From: Candidatus Binatia bacterium
GTDB lineage: Bacteria > Desulfobacterota > Binatia > Bin18
DNA: 64,000 nt
Reading direction: 5' to 3'
Assembly: GCA_963666315.2 (NCBI GenBank)
Contig: CAXXHG010000032.1
Coordinates: forward strand, 64,001-128,000
Each line of letters begins with the position of its first letter. Positions within the stretch are counted from its first letter, which is position 1. Under the pieces are notes generated by a model, which was given only the letters and a program-made list of their open reading frames with translations, did not search any database and had not been told where the DNA came from. This document shows positions 30,442-39,927 of the stretch, piece by piece. Position numbers and translations under genes: made by a program.

Positions 30442-30993
30442 TCAGAAGGGCCTTTCAGCCGGTGGAGGCTGTCGGGAGGAATCGTCACCAGGGCCGCCAA
30501 AATTACCAGGCGGCGGCCCGCCATGCCGGCCGCGCCTGCCACCACGCCCGCCTGGGCCACGGCGAGGTCTGTCTTTAAGTCGTTGGAGGAGCCTTATACG
30601 CTGCTCGGGTGTGAGGAGGGCACGTACGCGGAGCATCGTTCGTAATTGTTCTTTGCGCAAGTTTGTTCTCAGGCCGCCAATAGACTCGACTTGTGTCATC
30701 ACTGCATCTTCGTCGGGCTCTTCTTGTTCCAAGAGTGTACGCATGAACCGATCAGCCTCGCGAAGGCTGCGTTCTTCCGTGCGTGAGGCGTCGATAACAG
30801 CATCTGCTTGAGCCAACGTTTCGTCATCAAGGCCCAGCTCTTCAATGAGATGCTCAAGAGGAACTCCACGATGCGGCGGACGCCCGCCGGGTGGACGCGC
30901 CCAGACCGGGGACGAAAGACGCTGAAGAAATTGTTGCTCGTCAGTGCTGAGCGTGTCTTGACTCAGTCTGTCGTGTGTATCTGAAGACGGCAT
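30442..30993 (-). pseudogene. Fusion of an anti-sigma N-terminus with a Spy/CpxP-type periplasmic protein (deletion product)
   Basis: MPSSDTH..EQQFLQRL joined to SSPVWA|RPPGG..LGLDDET..PDEDAV..LLTPEQR; hydrophobic signal core missing. Confidence 0.65.
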
Positions 30994-30995
30994 CG

Positions 30996-31553
30996 TTACG
31001 CACCTCGTGTGAGTTCTTTGAGATCCGCGAGTTCCGTTCGTAATGCGACCAAAGCACGGTGTAAATGACTTTTGACTGTTCCGCTCGGTTTTCCCAGAAA
31101 ATCCGCACACTCTTGGACGGTGAAGCCCTCAAGATGGACCAGAATAAAGGCTTCGCGTTGGCGACGTGAAAGCTGGTCGAGTGCTGTTGCAATACGCCGC
31201 CGCAGACCAGGACCGCCTAGGGTGACCGCAGTCGGGTCTGCGAGTTCTTCTTCGCTGGTGCTATGCCACATATTCCGTATGGCTCGCCAGCGTCGGTAGT
31301 TATGGGCCTGGCCGACTAATATGCGGTAGAACTACGTTTCGAGGCTCGCCTCGCCCTGAAAACCGTCAAGGGCCTGATAGGCTTTGACAAAGGCATCTTG
31401 GGTCACGTCTTCAGCTGCAGCCTCATCGCCGCCCACAAGTCGCCAAGCGAGACGTCTCGCTCGGTCCTGTTGGGCCACAACAAACGTACTGAAACAGACC
31501 TCCCGTTCAGCCGTCATCGTCCCAAGCGCGGCCATTCCAACCGCGACTGCCAT
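30996..31553 (-). pseudogene. ECF sigma factor with nonsense codon
   Basis: ASLET*FYRI (TAG at 31332, W in the paralog); region 4 intact (GTVKSHLHRA). Confidence 0.9.
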
Positions 31554-31578
31554 ACGACTGCGGTGATCCTCTTATGGA

Positions 31579-31608
31579 TTAGACACTGCATACGAGCGTG
31601 TGGATTAC
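31579..31608 (-). promoter_or_regulatory. Putative autoregulatory ECF promoter
   Basis: GTAATCC-N14-AGTGTCTAA. Confidence 0.68.
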
Positions 31609-31676
31609 AATCCTTTGTATCAAGTTAAGGGCCTGAGTAGAGGAAAATCCTGTGCAGGGGCGAGGCGACCTTGGTG

Positions 31677-32168
31677 CTAGTGTTGCCCTGATTCTTGGGC
31701 GAGTTTTTGGAGTGCCTGCCCCTCCAGGCGGTAGGGTAGCCAGTCCTGCATGTGGTCCATAGCCAGACGACGATAGAACTTGCGGGCGGGATTCCAGTCC
31801 AAAACTTGGAGATCTACGCGCCGATACCCGCGTTCAACTGCAATGGCGGCCAGTTTTGCCATCAATTGATGTCCGACTCCATGCTTACGCGCTGATTCGA
31901 CCACAAACAGGTCTTCGAGATACAGGCTAGGCCGCCCTTCCCAGGTGGAATAGGTCAGGAAGAAAAGGGCAAAGCCGACGGGCTCGCCGTCCAGCTCAGC
32001 GATCAGGACTTCAAATTTAGGCCGCGGGCCAAAACCGTCGCGCCGCAAGTCTGCTTGTGTAGTCTTGACGGCATCCAGCTCGTTTTCAAAGGTTGCCAAT
32101 CCTTTGATGAATTCGAGGATAATGGGTACATCGTCAGGGCTTGCGAAGCGAATAGTGGTGGTAGACAT
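31677..32168 (-). CDS. GNAT acetyltransferase (diamine/spermidine acetyltransferase-like)
   Basis: YSTWEG..LYLEDLFV..VLDWN motifs. Confidence 0.9.
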   Translation of the reverse strand: MSTTTIRFASPDDVPIILEFIKGLATFENELDAVKTTQADLRRDGFGPRPKFEVLIAELDGEPVGFALFFLTYSTWEGRPSLYLEDLFVVESARKHGVGHQLMAKLAAIAVERGYRRVDLQVLDWNPARKFYRRLAMDHMQDWLPYRLEGQALQKLAQESGQH

Positions 32169-32253
32169 GGGTGTATGTGCACGATTGTTGTCGGGTTACT
32201 AGACTAACCTAGCCTACTCCATAATATGCAACCGGTAGAGACAATTCCCCCAA

Positions 32254-33639
32254 TCACGGCTGGTCCTTCACCAAACGGAAATCACCTTTTGCGGCATTGC
32301 GATACAAATTAATCTGTCCAATGTGGCGGGCGCGGCCTTCATCGTCTGTCACCCCCAGCCCTTCTTCTGGGGCGAGGCACAGGACGCCAATTTTTCCGAT
32401 TTGCTGATTATGGTGCACTCGGTAAGCAGCCTCACCGGCGTCTGCCATGAGATACGTCTCTGACAAGAGCGGGTGGATGGCGCGTTTGCAGACTAACCGA
32501 TTGGCTTCCCAGGCCTCTTTGTAGTTGGCAAAATGGGAGCCGATGATGCGCTTCTTGTTCATCCACAGATAGCGGTTGTCGTATTCGTGATTGTAGCCAC
32601 TGGTGGACGCGCAGGTGACAATCTGTCCACCAGCCCGTGCAAGGAAAACGCTGGCAGCAAACGTCTCATGACCGGGATGTTCGTATACCACGTCCGGGTC
32701 TTCGCCGCCGGTCAGGTCACGAATCTTTTTGCCAAGACGACGCAGCTCGCGTACGTTCTGTGAGCCGTCTTCATTCCAGAAATGATAGTCCTCGACACTG
32801 CGGTCGATAACCCAGCGTGCGCCTATGGTTTTGCACAACTGGACTTTATCCTCTGACGAGACGACGCAGATGGGGAATGCGCCGGCGTTTAATACGTATT
32901 GCAGGGCAAACCCGCCTAAGCCGCCAACAGCACCCCAGATCAGGACGATATCTCCCTGCTTAATATGGGTTCCATTTCTACTGACCAACATGCGATAGGA
33001 AGTTGAATTGACCAGCGGCATGGAAGCTGCTTCTTCCCAGGTGAGGTGGGATGGTTTGGGCATGAGCTGGTTGGCCCGAACCACGGCGATCTCGGACAGC
33101 CCTCCAAAATTGGTTTCAAAACCCCAAATACGTTGATCCGGATCGAGCATAGAATCATCGTGGCCGTCCGGCGCCTGCATGTCCACGTAGTTGCAGTGTA
33201 TGGTGACTTCGTCGCCCGGCTTAAAGAGATTGACCCCCGGTCCAACTTTCAGCACAACGCCGGAGGCGTCGCTGCCAATGATATGGTAGGGCAGGTTATG
33301 CCGGCTGTCCCAGGGGCTTTTCTTGGCCGCGCGCTCTAAGAACAGAAAAGTCGGCAGCGGCTCAAAGATTGTGCTCCAGACCGTATTGAAATTGATGCTG
33401 GACGCCATGACTGCCACAAGCGCTTCATTGGGCTCGACCTCCGGCACCGGGACTTCATCCAGATGCAGGCTTTTGCGGGGATCTTTGTCCCAGGATTCGA
33501 GTCCCTCGAACATGGTCACTTCGTCTTTATGCGTGGTGACGGCCAACATCCATTCTGGTAGAGGCAGCCCTTCAAAGTCTTCTGTTATGGCCTGCTCGTC
33601 CATGATGGCTTCACGAATATTCTTCATCTCGATAGTCAT
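32254..33639 (-). CDS. ccr: Crotonyl-CoA carboxylase/reductase
   Basis: DPRKSLH, SSINFNTVW, IWGFETNFGG, WEEAA and GSHFANY; ATG 33639 with GGAG SD. Confidence 0.93.
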   Translation of the reverse strand: MTIEMKNIREAIMDEQAITEDFEGLPLPEWMLAVTTHKDEVTMFEGLESWDKDPRKSLHLDEVPVPEVEPNEALVAVMASSINFNTVWSTIFEPLPTFLFLERAAKKSPWDSRHNLPYHIIGSDASGVVLKVGPGVNLFKPGDEVTIHCNYVDMQAPDGHDDSMLDPDQRIWGFETNFGGLSEIAVVRANQLMPKPSHLTWEEAASMPLVNSTSYRMLVSRNGTHIKQGDIVLIWGAVGGLGGFALQYVLNAGAFPICVVSSEDKVQLCKTIGARWVIDRSVEDYHFWNEDGSQNVRELRRLGKKIRDLTGGEDPDVVYEHPGHETFAASVFLARAGGQIVTCASTSGYNHEYDNRYLWMNKKRIIGSHFANYKEAWEANRLVCKRAIHPLLSETYLMADAGEAAYRVHHNQQIGKIGVLCLAPEEGLGVTDDEGRARHIGQINLYRNAAKGDFRLVKDQP

Positions 33640-33793
33640 GGATGTTTTCTCCTCGTATGGGGATGCTTTCTTCCTAACACACAACGCTACGATATGCCTA
33701 ATTTTGGTCAGTGCCCTTTTGAGAAACAGAAAAGGGGCACGACTTTTCGTGGCCCTGGGTCAAGCGCCGCTCCCAAGAGAGCCGATGCCCGGA

Positions 33794-35410
33794 CTATCGT
33801 TGCGGATCGATTAAAACGCCAGGGTTCAACAACCCCTGAGGGTCGAGCGTCGCCTTGGCTGCTCGGAGTGCACTGGCAAACAGATCCGGCCGTTGCTTTT
33901 CGTATTGTGGGCGATGCGTACGACCTACCGAATGGTGGTGGGTGATGGTACCGCCATAGCGTACCACGGCCTCTGAGGCTGCGGTTTTGATCTCATGCCA
34001 CTGCTCAAGCTCGCTGCCCTTCGTGCCCAGGCCGGTAAAGGTGAAGTAGGGCGCCGGCCCGTCAGGATAGACATGCGTAAAGCGGCACGACAGTAGGCCA
34101 CTACCACACACTTCATCCAGCGCCTTTTGCACATCGTGCATCACGCCGGCGTGGAATTCGTGAAACTTATTCCACGGAATCGCGCTCTCCGTCGTGTCAA
34201 ATATCGCTCCCATGGCGGCCATGGTCGAGAACGCGTAGGGCATGCGGATAAAGGCATTCCGCCAGTCGCCAACCGAACCGCCACGGCCGGTGGTTTCTCC
34301 GCCGCCTTTAATCACCACCCCATTCGGCGTCGTCCCACCGAGATCGGTACAGCACTCAAGGGCACGATTGATCCAGGCTTCGAGCGGGTGGTCGGCTGAC
34401 TCAAAGCCGAGCATGAGTAAACTACCGCCCGATCCATCACCAATTTTATTCCGCTTGACTTCTGTGGGATCGAGAATGCGACAATTGGTAGGATATAAAC
34501 CGGATTGGCTGAGCAGGCGAATCGCCTCAACCCCGTCTTCAAATTTCTCAAAATGTACGGCCGTGGAGGCACGATACACCGGACGCTGCTGCAGCCGCAT
34601 CCAGGCTTCAGTGATAATGCCGAGTATGCCCTCTGAACCAATAAACATACGATCCGGGCTCGGTCCGGCACCAGAGCCGGGCAAGCGCCGCGAGGCTACA
34701 ATTCCGCGTGGGGTCACGATCCGCAGGGATTCTACGAGTTCGTCTATATGGGTGTATAGCGTAGCGAAATGTCCGCCTGAACGGGTGGCGATCCAACCGC
34801 CCAAAGTCGAAAATTCAAACGATTGGGGATAGTGACGCAGCGTATAGCCATGTGGTTTGAGTTGGGCTTCCATGGCAGGCCCGAACACACCGGCCTGTAT
34901 GCGCGCTGCGCGTGAGGTTGCGTCAATCTCCAGCACTTGATCCAGACAGCGCAGGTCGATGGAGACACTGCCCGGGTAGGCGTCACTCGGCGGAGGCTCT
35001 ACACCGCTGGTGACACTCGACCCGCCGCCAAAGGGGATGGCTGCCGCGCCTACCTGGTTACACCAATCCAGGACCGAAACAACGTCGTCTTCGGTTTTAG
35101 GAAAAGCCACTACGTCGGGCGGATTCGAGAAATCCAAGTGAAACGCTTTAATAATATCGGGCAGGGCTTTCCCATACGTATGGGATGCACGATCATAGGT
35201 CTCGGTCGAGCAGATGCCGGCCAGAGACGCCGGCGGCGAGATCCTGGGCGCACGCAGCTCGATATCCTCAACCCGAGGTACCGGGTCAAGTTCAACCTCG
35301 CTTTTGCCCAGACTGTCGACTATCCCTTTGGCAATCGCTTTTTTTTGCTCTGGGGTCGGTTGTTCATCCTCAAAGCCCCAGCCCCAAATCGTAGTGCGGC
35401 GTTGTGACAT
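33794..35410 (-). CDS. FAD-binding oxidoreductase (alkyl-DHAP-synthase/AgpS-like)
   Basis: PFGGGSSV, HYPQSFEFSTLGGW, THHH and LNPG motifs. Confidence 0.9.
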   Translation of the reverse strand: MSQRRTTIWGWGFEDEQPTPEQKKAIAKGIVDSLGKSEVELDPVPRVEDIELRAPRISPPASLAGICSTETYDRASHTYGKALPDIIKAFHLDFSNPPDVVAFPKTEDDVVSVLDWCNQVGAAAIPFGGGSSVTSGVEPPPSDAYPGSVSIDLRCLDQVLEIDATSRAARIQAGVFGPAMEAQLKPHGYTLRHYPQSFEFSTLGGWIATRSGGHFATLYTHIDELVESLRIVTPRGIVASRRLPGSGAGPSPDRMFIGSEGILGIITEAWMRLQQRPVYRASTAVHFEKFEDGVEAIRLLSQSGLYPTNCRILDPTEVKRNKIGDGSGGSLLMLGFESADHPLEAWINRALECCTDLGGTTPNGVVIKGGGETTGRGGSVGDWRNAFIRMPYAFSTMAAMGAIFDTTESAIPWNKFHEFHAGVMHDVQKALDEVCGSGLLSCRFTHVYPDGPAPYFTFTGLGTKGSELEQWHEIKTAASEAVVRYGGTITHHHSVGRTHRPQYEKQRPDLFASALRAAKATLDPQGLLNPGVLIDPQR

Positions 35411-35452
35411 ACGTCCTCCTTCTCTCGCTAGTCCGCGCTAGCCTGACGGCGC

Positions 35453-37072
35453 TTAATACTTGCCAAACGGCGGCGCTTCAATTGTCGTCTGATATTCAAT
35501 GAGGTGCATCTCGCCAGAGGCCAGTGTCGTTTCCAAGGCTGATTTCAATGCCTGTGGCGATTGGACGCGTGTTGCCTTGACGCCAAACGCTCCGGCGAAC
35601 GCCATAAAATCAGGGTTGGTGAGTTGCTCTTGATAGGCGGCTTGATAGGCCGTGCGCTGGAGATAGCCGATAACGCCAAAGGCATTATCGTTGACCACAA
35701 TCAATGGAAAGCCGATATTATGCCGGACGCAGGTGGCTAATTCCTGAGACGTGTACAGAAAGCCGCCGTCGCCGATCATGCCCACTACCGGTGTGTCCGG
35801 ACAGGCGACCTTGGCTCCAATTGCTGCCGGAAAGCTAAATCCTAGCAGGCCCGAGCCCTTGGCTCCAATGAGCCCGTTAGCTTGATATGACGGGTAGAAA
35901 TACTCAGCCCAATACCCCAGCTGGGTATTATCAATGACCAGCGCACTCTCACGCGGCAGGACCTCGCGGATGACATTCAAGGCTTGGATCTCAGGCCGCT
36001 CTTGGCTGAGTCGCGCCATTTCCGCGTCCGCCTCACGCCGCCAGGCTGCCGTGCGTTCCTGACGTGGACCCGTGTACGGCTCTCCCTCAAGCTGACGGCG
36101 CAGCTCCTGGGTGATGGCGCCAATATCTCCGATGAGCGGAATGGCCGTTGGATAATTTTTGCCGATCCAACGCTCATCCCAATCGACATGAATAAGCTGT
36201 TCGGGCAATACCAACCCGCGCCGTTTGGCATCGACTTCTCGCAGCCGCGAGCCAACCACCAGCGCCGCATCACAGCCCGGCACAATGTCTTGAATGACCA
36301 AGCGTCGGGCCGCATTGCCGAACGAGAGCGGATGATCCTCTGGAACAACGCCTTTGCCCGGTGTGTTGGTAATGATCGGGGCGCACAACGCCTCGGCCAG
36401 CGCTTGCAGATCTGTGCTCAGGTCAGCCCGCGCCGCGTCCGTGCCGGCAATAAGGACAGGCTGCTTTGCTTTACGAAGAATGGCGACTGCCTCTTCAAGA
36501 CGTGACGGAAGCGGTGCAGGGGCCGGCGTATTGTCCGTCGCTGTTGTGGTCGCTGGAGGCACTTCTCCAGCCATGAGGTCAGTCGGCACTTCCAAACACA
36601 CGGGACCCGGTCGTCCGGACAGTGTGAGTGCAATGGCTCGTCTTGTGACGGTATAGAAATCATCGCCGGCTTGGGGAACGATAACGTCCTTGGTAATCGT
36701 CCGAAAGAGTGACGTTTGCTCTTCGAGTTCGTGCAGAGCTCCCAAGCCTTTGCCGATCTTAGCCGCATCAATGTTGGAGATGATCATGAGGACGGGTGAA
36801 CAGCTTCCCCAGGCTTCCTGAAGGGCGGAAATGGTAAAACCGGCTCCTGGGCCTGTTGAGGAAACAATAACGCCCAGCCCACCACTCGCCCGCGCATAGC
36901 CATCAGCCATATGGGTCGCGCCAGCCTCATGCCGACAGAGAATATGGCGAATCGACGGCTCGTGGCGGAGGGATTCGTACAGGCCAATGTTGTGAATGCT
37001 TGGAATGCCAAAGATGGTAGAGACCCGGGCGTCTTTGAGCGCCTGGACAATCCCGTCTGCTCCTCGGGGCAT
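35453..37072 (-). CDS. Thiamine-diphosphate-dependent enzyme (ALS-like family)
   Basis: FGIPS, RHEAGA and GDGG..VVND motifs. Confidence 0.92.
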   Translation of the reverse strand: MPRGADGIVQALKDARVSTIFGIPSIHNIGLYESLRHEPSIRHILCRHEAGATHMADGYARASGGLGVIVSSTGPGAGFTISALQEAWGSCSPVLMIISNIDAAKIGKGLGALHELEEQTSLFRTITKDVIVPQAGDDFYTVTRRAIALTLSGRPGPVCLEVPTDLMAGEVPPATTTATDNTPAPAPLPSRLEEAVAILRKAKQPVLIAGTDAARADLSTDLQALAEALCAPIITNTPGKGVVPEDHPLSFGNAARRLVIQDIVPGCDAALVVGSRLREVDAKRRGLVLPEQLIHVDWDERWIGKNYPTAIPLIGDIGAITQELRRQLEGEPYTGPRQERTAAWRREADAEMARLSQERPEIQALNVIREVLPRESALVIDNTQLGYWAEYFYPSYQANGLIGAKGSGLLGFSFPAAIGAKVACPDTPVVGMIGDGGFLYTSQELATCVRHNIGFPLIVVNDNAFGVIGYLQRTAYQAAYQEQLTNPDFMAFAGAFGVKATRVQSPQALKSALETTLASGEMHLIEYQTTIEAPPFGKY

Positions 37073-37207
37073 GCGTAACTCCTTGTTCCTAGCTTTCTGT
37101 TCTTTTTTAGATTGCTGAGATTGTTTGGATGGCTTGGACTGTAGAGGCGCAGTATTCTTTCTCCACCTCGCGTACAGTCGCAGGGGCTATTCGTGTACGC
37201 TGCAGTC

Positions 37208-38395
37208 CTATTTGACTACGCCTTTTTGTTCAAGCTGCTCGACCTCCTCATCACTCAGCCCCATTTCCTGCAAAACCTCCCAGGTATGCTGGCCCAGGGT
37301 AGGTGGGGCCAGGCGCACGGCGCCGGGCGTTTTCTTGAGCTTGGCCGGAATGCCGCCGACTCTGATTTTGCCCACGCGGGCGTGCTCGACTTCGACTGCC
37401 ATTTGATTGTGTTGGACTTGTGGGTCGGCAAACGTCTCGTGCAATGTGTTGACAGGCGCAGCCATAACATCGGCCTCAGTTAAACAGCGCATCATTTCAG
37501 CGGTATCTTTTTTAGCAAACTCAGCTTGAATGATGTCGTTGAGTTCCGGCTCATGTTCCAGGCGGCCGTCTATAGTTTCAAAGCGTGGGTCGGTGGTCAG
37601 ATCTTCGCGTTTAACAGCCCGGCAAATGTTATGGAAAAACTTATTATTAAAGGAGGCAAGCTGAATGTCTCGGCCATCTTTGCAGGTGAACGTGCCGTAA
37701 GTGGCATAAAACGGGCTGGCGTTTCCCACCCGCGGTTGGATGTAATTACACAAGAAGAACTGTCCAACTTGAGCGGGTTGGACGTGGATGAGCCCGTCCA
37801 TCAGACACAGCTCAATCTGCTGACCTATCCCCTGCTGCTCGCGCGTCCATAAGCCAACCATGGCGGCAAAGGCGACAAGATTGGCACAGGTCGCGTCAGC
37901 GATCGCTGGACCGGCTTTGAGGGGCTTGCCGTCACGCTCCCCGGTCACACTCATAAAGCCGGTTAACGCCTGGGCCAACGGATCGATACCGGGTCGCCCA
38001 GCATACGGCCCGTCTTGGCCAAATGCGCTGACAGAAATATAAATAATTTGAGGATTATACTTGCAGGTCTCTTCGTAGCCGATCCCGAGTTTGGCTTTGG
38101 CCTGGGGACGGAGATTCTCGATAATGATGTCGGCAGTCCGGACAAGGCGAAAATACAGATCCTTGCCCTCTGGTTTCGTCAGATCGAGCACCATGCCTCG
38201 TTTATTGCGATTAATGCCGACATATAGGCCGCTGTCGTTTTCGACCTTGGGGCCGGTGGTGCGTGACTCGTCGCCATACGGTGGTTCGATTTTAATCACG
38301 TCAGCGCCCATGTCTCCGAGCATGGTTGCGCCATACGGGCCGGCCAACATGCTGGCGATATCAAGCACGCGAATGCCCCCAAGCGGTAATGCCAT
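37208..38395 (-). CDS. CaiB/BaiF class III CoA-transferase
   Basis: AGP, GADVIKIE, NRNK, ENLRP and PTLGQHT motifs. Confidence 0.95.
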   Translation of the reverse strand: MALPLGGIRVLDIASMLAGPYGATMLGDMGADVIKIEPPYGDESRTTGPKVENDSGLYVGINRNKRGMVLDLTKPEGKDLYFRLVRTADIIIENLRPQAKAKLGIGYEETCKYNPQIIYISVSAFGQDGPYAGRPGIDPLAQALTGFMSVTGERDGKPLKAGPAIADATCANLVAFAAMVGLWTREQQGIGQQIELCLMDGLIHVQPAQVGQFFLCNYIQPRVGNASPFYATYGTFTCKDGRDIQLASFNNKFFHNICRAVKREDLTTDPRFETIDGRLEHEPELNDIIQAEFAKKDTAEMMRCLTEADVMAAPVNTLHETFADPQVQHNQMAVEVEHARVGKIRVGGIPAKLKKTPGAVRLAPPTLGQHTWEVLQEMGLSDEEVEQLEQKGVVK

Positions 38396-38553
38396 GTCCG
38401 TCTTCCTCCTGTTCGGCAGACGCTAGCATACCCCAGATTGAATGCCAAAGGCGTGAATGCCAACGGCAGCGGCGTTATCTGTGCGGGGGTATGCTGGGTG
38501 AGATTTTTTTGGTATGCCCCGAACATCACCGCTCATATAAGGAGGAGAATGAT

Positions 38554-38847
38554 ATGCCGTTGTACATGGACGAAATCTGGTGGGATCCGACGCAAGCCAA
38601 ACAGGTCCACGCGATGTTTCAGGGTGTGCTGAGTGGCGAAACCGGCTTTCCTGAAGGCGTCACCTTGAAAGCTGGTCCGTGGGCCTCAAACGAAGAGGCC
38701 AAAATGGTTTTGATCCTGGATATTCAGGATCATGCCAAGACCTTTAACACCTTCTCGACTTTGGTTGCGAAAGGCACGATTGTAAAACGCCGCCTCACGC
38801 CCATTGTCGAGTGGGCTGAAATGGATGGCGTGGTGAAAAATTTGTAA
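38554..38847 (+). CDS. Small hypothetical protein (dimeric alpha/beta-barrel/DUF3303-like)
   Basis: Strong AAGGAGG SD; 97 aa; PEGV..GPW pattern. Confidence 0.6.
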   Translation: MPLYMDEIWWDPTQAKQVHAMFQGVLSGETGFPEGVTLKAGPWASNEEAKMVLILDIQDHAKTFNTFSTLVAKGTIVKRRLTPIVEWAEMDGVVKNL

Positions 38848-38976
38848 GAGAGTTTTCATCTCAACAAGTAAGATCCGGAGACGCAGGGACTCGGATTTCC
38901 CTACTCTCCGGGCCAGTAGGATCGAGACCCGTCCGAGACATTTTCGTCTCGCCCAGCTAGCTCAGGTTGCTTGTTT

Positions 38977-39543
38977 ATGACGCAGCCCAGCCACCCGCTT
39001 TCCATCACTGTCTACTGCGCATCGAGCCAACGTTCACCTCAGACGTATCTGGATGTTGCTGCCGAGCTGGGTCAACTGATGGCCCTGCGGGGTCATACCT
39101 TAGTCTATGGCGGTGGAAACATTGGCCTGATGGGTGCGCTTGCCCAAGCGGCCTTGGCCGAGGGCGGCAAAGTGACCGGCGTCATCCTGACTGAGTTCCT
39201 CGACAAAGGCTACGGACAAGACGGTCTCGATATGTACGCGGTCGATGATATGCGCAGTCGTAAGCAAGGGCTGGATGAACGCGGCGATGCCTATATTACG
39301 CTGCCCGGCGGGTTTGGAACGTTCGAGGAAGTGCTCGAAGTCCTTTCATTGAAACAGCTCGGCTTTCACTCCAAGCCTATCGTCTTTGTCAATACCAACA
39401 GTTACTTCGACGGCCTGCTGCAACAGTTCGAACGGGGGTTTGACGAAGCGCTGATACACGAAAAGTTTCGTAACCTGTACACGGCCGTTGCTACGCCCCG
39501 GAGTGCCCTCGACTTCATTGAACAGGCGCTGACAGCCAGCTGA
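38977..39543 (+). CDS. LOG family (TIGR00730) nucleotide phosphoribohydrolase
   Basis: LVYGGGNIGLMG and PGGFGTFEE motifs. Confidence 0.93.
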   Translation: MTQPSHPLSITVYCASSQRSPQTYLDVAAELGQLMALRGHTLVYGGGNIGLMGALAQAALAEGGKVTGVILTEFLDKGYGQDGLDMYAVDDMRSRKQGLDERGDAYITLPGGFGTFEEVLEVLSLKQLGFHSKPIVFVNTNSYFDGLLQQFERGFDEALIHEKFRNLYTAVATPRSALDFIEQALTAS

Positions 39544-39824
39544 TCTTTTGTCTGCTGAGTACAGTGCCCGAGGCTTAAAATACGGTAAGCCGCTCTATGC
39601 CCGACTCGGAGGTGCCAGATCTGGGCGTGAGGCTGACGCGCTAATAGATGCTCGGTTGCAGTGTAGTCGTCGTTGTCCATCTCGTAGAGACCGGTTTCAA
39701 TATCCACGGCGACGAATTTTCCCTCATCGCTGGTCTCGACATGAGGACAGATATCTCTGTCGTAGATCTCTTGTCCGCGCCGAGCGAACTCTTCTTTGCT
39801 ATAACGTGGCTCTAACCTTGTCAT
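39402..39824 (-). CDS. Small DUF5678-like protein; 3' end reads through into the LOG gene
   Basis: PRYSKEEFARRGQEIY..GKFVAVDIETG..RVG; conserved-looking part ends near 39575. Confidence 0.6.
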   Translation of the reverse strand: MTRLEPRYSKEEFARRGQEIYDRDICPHVETSDEGKFVAVDIETGLYEMDNDDYTATEHLLARQPHAQIWHLRVGHRAAYRILSLGHCTQQTKDQLAVSACSMKSRALRGVATAVYRLRNFSCISASSNPRSNCCSRPSK

Positions 39825-39927
39825 GACTTATATTCTGACGATCTCATGGAAATTGCAGGAGGAGTGATGCGAAAAGGAAATCCGCTGCAGAGCCCTTCGT
39901 TCTTTCCGGCCTTATATCGTACGTCTG

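Noticed and set aside
4275-31334. Stop-codon reassignment as the explanation for in-frame stops
   Set aside because: TAA, TAG and TGA all occur, at positions expected to be W, G or other residues; all three also end intact genes, and frameshifts and deletions co-occur.
32170-32199. Sixth ECF promoter upstream of the GNAT gene (GTAACCC)
   Set aside because: No GTCTAA -10 box at the 14-bp spacing.
33711-33740. Riboswitch upstream of ccr
   Set aside because: Only a single GTGCCCTTTT/AAAAGGGGCAC hairpin is visible, with no aptamer features.
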